Source: Longimicrobiales bacterium (GTDB lineage Bacteria; Gemmatimonadota; Gemmatimonadetes; Longimicrobiales; Gaopeijiaceae). From it: a DNA stretch of 64,000 nt. Shown here piece after piece: positions 60,874 to 64,000 of this stretch. Where the stretch lies: the NCBI GenBank assembly GCA_965218295.1, contig CBDCKN010000015.1, forward strand, positions 416,001 to 480,000, written 5' to 3'. Within the stretch, counting starts at the first letter, position 1; every line of letters begins with the position of its first letter. The notes beneath the pieces were generated by a model. That model had not been told where the DNA came from and ran no database searches. It saw only the letters and a list, made by a program, of their open reading frames with translations. A program made the position numbers and the translations under genes.

Positions 60874-61904
60874 TGTGCTCCGATGGGATATCAGACAGCG
60901 ATCTCGCCTACCAGGCAGAACTCCTGCAGCGCGTATCCCGCACCTTCGCTCTCACGATTCCACAGCTTCCAACCGGGCTCCGCGATGTGGTGGAAAACGC
61001 CTACCTCCTGTGCCGGATTACCGACACGATCGAAGACGAGCCCGCGCTGTCCGCCAGGCAGAAGCGGGTGTTCTGGGAACGGTTCATCGACATTGTCGCT
61101 GGTCGGGACACCGTGGAGCCGTTCGCGCGCGAGCTCGGTGCCGGGCTGTCGTCGTCGACCCCCACTAGTGAACATGACCTGATCGCCAACACTGCCCGCG
61201 TAATCCGCCTCACACGCGGGTTTGAGCCCGCGCAACGCGAGGCGCTCGCACGCTGCGTGCAAATCATGGCCCGAGGCATGGCGGACTTTCAGTTGCAGGC
61301 AACTCCTGTTGTCGGCCTAGCCGACCTAGCTCACCTCGACCGCTACTGCTACTACGTCGCTGGCGTGGTAGGCGAGATGCTTACCGAGCTGTTCTGCGAT
61401 TATTCCGCGGAAATCAACGCGCATCGGGAGGAGTTGCTCAGGTTATCCGTGTCGTTCGGCCAAGGGCTGCAGATGACCAACATCCTCAAGGATGTATGGG
61501 ACGACTGGCAGCGCGGGGCGTGCTGGTTGCCGCGGGACGTCTTCCTGGATGCCGGTTTCGACCTGCGCTCCCTGTCAGCGAACCGGAACGATCCGCGCTT
61601 CGCTAATGGACTTTTCACCCTGGTGGGCATCGCCCACGGTCACCTGGCAAATGCGCTGCGCTACATCCATATCATCCCGGCCCACGAAACCGGCATCCGC
61701 CGACACTGCCTGTGGGCGTTGGGCATGGCCGTGCTAACGCTACGCCGCATTCACGCGACGCCGGCGTTCCAAAGTGGCCGGCAGGTCAAGATCTCGCGGC
61801 GCAGCGTGCGGACAGTCACCGTCGTCACCAGCAGCCTGGTCCGCTCGAACCTGGCGCTAACGCTGCTGTTCAGGGCACTCACTCGCGGACTGCCACGTGG
61901 GTGA
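60873..61904 (+). CDS. Squalene/phytoene synthase family, single-enzyme squalene synthase-like
   Basis: [46 protein letters not shown]. Confidence 0.88.
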   Translation: MCSDGISDSDLAYQAELLQRVSRTFALTIPQLPTGLRDVVENAYLLCRITDTIEDEPALSARQKRVFWERFIDIVAGRDTVEPFARELGAGLSSSTPTSEHDLIANTARVIRLTRGFEPAQREALARCVQIMARGMADFQLQATPVVGLADLAHLDRYCYYVAGVVGEMLTELFCDYSAEINAHREELLRLSVSFGQGLQMTNILKDVWDDWQRGACWLPRDVFLDAGFDLRSLSANRNDPRFANGLFTLVGIAHGHLANALRYIHIIPAHETGIRRHCLWALGMAVLTLRRIHATPAFQSGRQVKISRRSVRTVTVVTSSLVRSNLALTLLFRALTRGLPRG

Positions 61905-61929
61905 TTCAGACGCGCGGTTATGTTTCACG

Positions 61930-62755
61930 GGTTCTGGTGCAGACAGCCAACGGGGATTGGCGATAATGAGATATGGCGCATCGCAAAACTGAAAGGAATC
62001 CTCTATTTGCCGGACGTTGGTTCGAAGACGACATCATTCTCCTCTGCCTTCGCTGGTATTTTCGCTTCAAACTGAGTTACCGGGACCTGGTCGCGATCTT
62101 AGGTGAGCGGGGTTTATCGATTTCGCACACCACGATCTTGCGTTGGGTCATTCGCTATGCCGAAATCTGCGAAAAGCGGTGGAGCCGATTCGAGCGGCCG
62201 GTGGGTGGAAGTTGGCGAGTTGATGAAACGTTCATCAAGGTGCGAGGCCAGGTGATGTACCTGTATCGAGCCGTGGATGGACAAGGCAACACCGTAGAGT
62301 TCTTTCTCAGTCGAACACGCGGCATTGCGGCGGCGAAGGCCTTCTTTCGCAAGGCACTGAAGCATCATCGGGAGCCACACAGCATCACCCTGGATGGCCA
62401 CCAGCCGAGCCATAGCGCCCTGCGACGCATGGGGATGAACGGGGAGTTCAACTTCCGGGGCCCGAACCCGATGAGGATTCGTTGCTGTCAATACCTGAAC
62501 AACCTTGTGGAGCAGGACCCGCCGGGTGAAGGGGCGATTGCAACCGATGTTGGGATTCAAGACATTCTACAATGCGCGACGCGTCATTATCGGCATTGAG
62601 CTGGCGCAGAAGATTCACAAACGCCAGTTCGCAATTCCGATCCCATGGCAATCGAATCCCGCGGTGATCTGGCGTCACGTCATGGCAGCATAGGCCGCAT
62701 CGCCGCGGTGCACTCCTGGTCTTATCGTCCCGATAATCCTATCGGCACCAGAACC
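61930..62755 (+). mobile_element. Second, distinct IS6-family element; transposase 61973-62693 frameshifted near 62520
   Basis: IRs GGTTCTGGTGC at both ends. LRWYFRFKLSYRDL, WRVDETF, YLNNLVEQD; the C-terminus RRVKGRLQPMLGFK is in another frame. Confidence 0.88.
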
Positions 62756-62763
62756 CTCTGGAG

Positions 62764-62824
62764 GGATGTGTTGCAACTTTTAAAAATCAGCAAGAGAGCG
62801 ACTGGTTGGGTCGACCAGGCTCCG
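62764..62824. mobile_element. Isolated end of the IS6 element found at 53965
   Basis: Near-identical to 53965-54025, in the same orientation. Confidence 0.85.
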
Positions 62825-62988
62825 CCTTCCGCAGCCGGTTGATGACCTGTGCGGGACTCAGCCTCTTTCGTGCGGCCATTGTGCCCTCCCTCTCCATGTC
62901 TCGACCCGTCCGGATCCTAAACTGGACTCGGTCTCGTTTCTAGGGGGCAGTTCAGTCTTCGCTCGCGATCGGGCGAGACCGAGCCTAT

Positions 62989-63576
62989 ATGTACCAGTTC
63001 GTCCACCGTGGCACGCCTCGCGTCCTCGCCGAGCACGACCGCGAAGCCTTGGCGGAGCATCTGCGCTGCAGACCCGAAGAGCTGAAACACGACGTAATTC
63101 CGCCTCGAAGGGTGCCTTCACGGGGACGGAAGACCGGCCGATGGGCCGCGCCGAAGGGCTTCGTCGCAGTGGCCGAGATCGACGCCCGTACGGCGGCGGG
63201 TCCGGGGGGCTGGAAGAAAGAGCCAGAGGAAACCAAGGAGCCGTGGCTTCTCCCCGATCCCCTCATTCGGCATGAGCTTCGGGCGAAGCCTGAAGATCTG
63301 CGGATGATCACCGTAGACGGGGACGCGATGGAGCCGCTCCTTTCGAGCGGCGATCGCGTCCTGATCGACGCGACCCAGCAGGTCCCGATCCCGCCGGGCA
63401 CCTTCGTGGTCTGGGACGTGATGGGGCTGGTCGCCAGGCGGATCGAGCATGTGCGCCACTCCGAGCCGCCGAGGGTGATGATCATGTCGGTCAACCCGGA
63501 GTACGCCAGCCACGAGCGCCTCGCCGACGAGATCCGCGTCGTCGGCCGAGCCGTCTGGGCCGGACGCCGGCTGTGA
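62989..63576 (+). CDS. S24-family (LexA/CI-like) repressor; 5' end degraded
   Basis: An in-frame upstream stretch SLAIGRDRAYMYQF is cut by TAG at 62941. VDGDAMEP..GDRVLID, IMSVNPEY, VVGRAVW. Confidence 0.7.
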   Translation: MYQFVHRGTPRVLAEHDREALAEHLRCRPEELKHDVIPPRRVPSRGRKTGRWAAPKGFVAVAEIDARTAAGPGGWKKEPEETKEPWLLPDPLIRHELRAKPEDLRMITVDGDAMEPLLSSGDRVLIDATQQVPIPPGTFVVWDVMGLVARRIEHVRHSEPPRVMIMSVNPEYASHERLADEIRVVGRAVWAGRRL

Positions 63577-63632
63577 GACGCCTACGGTAGGCGGGAAACC
63601 AGTGCTTTCGCGGATAGTCGGGCACGTCATCG

Positions 63633-64000
63633 TCAGGATGCTGGCGGGCGCACCGGACCCTGAGCTCTGCCACGGCTTGCCTCGATCTCTTTCCGGATCC
63701 ACGCATCCACGTCCTCCTCGATCCATACGACAGCACGCACCGGCTCGGGGAAGCTTCCCTCGGCCACCTGCAGGTAGATCTTGCTCTGCGACAGCCCCGT
63801 GCGGGCCTCGACGCCCGGTAGGCCCAGGATGCGGGCGGGTATGTCCATTTCGCGTGGGATTGCTTCCGTCGTCCGTTCTCTTCTTTCTCTAATGGAAGCA
63901 TCCGGTAACGGATCGCTCCGGGATGGAACGCGATCCGCCTGGTCCCCGTCGTAGGTTTCGATGAACTCCAGGATCCGGTCAGCCGTCGCTAGCGTCGGTG
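63633..64000 (-). CDS. AlpA-family regulator, in frame with an upstream segment that runs off the window
   Basis: ILGLPGVEARTGLSQSKIY...GSFPEPV..AVVWIEEDVDAWI. The frame stays open to 64000 (PTLATADRILEF). Confidence 0.75.
   Translation of the reverse strand, partial: PTLATADRILEFIETYDGDQADRVPSRSDPLPDASIRERRERTTEAIPREMDIPARILGLPGVEARTGLSQSKIYLQVAEGSFPEPVRAVVWIEEDVDAWIRKEIEASRGRAQGPVRPPAS

Noticed and set aside
62858..64000. Prophage
   Set aside because: Only regulators (S24 repressor, AlpA) are visible; there are no structural, packaging or lysis genes in the window.

Overview
GC-rich bacterial chromosome segment. Gene content and order suggest Gemmatimonadota, possibly a host-associated lineage; this is inference only. 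Positions ~1-4.8 kb and ~13-38 kb are mostly core genes: DUF2723 membrane protein, hydantoinase/oxoprolinase, trpE, nadA-nadC, a TonB receptor, rnz-tyrA-aroA/cmk-rpsA, an LpoA-like lipoprotein and a propionyl-CoA carboxylase/methylmalonyl-CoA mutase cluster. This core is broken by an IS pile-up at 4.85-9.6 kb (one IS256 plus three stacked IS3-family copies), a tRNA-Leu(UAA) and an IS256 insertion in a PDZ gene. From ~38 kb to the end the sequence is accessory. It holds pseudogenes and a ~9.6-kb integrative mobilisable element (P4-type integrase, ColE1-like oriT and mobCABD, a TA pair and a 1231-aa RecD-like helicase-nuclease). It also holds an OmpA-family gene, IS6 elements around ispH and a squalene synthase, a 220-bp IS256-derived MITE and phage-type regulators. 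The most unusual item is a 2.83-kb IS1595-family transposon nested in an IS256. It carries a non-canonical tRNA-like gene (Cys-like acceptor stem, 9-nt loop around GCC), a promoter-hairpin sRNA candidate and a run of small ORFs open on both strands.
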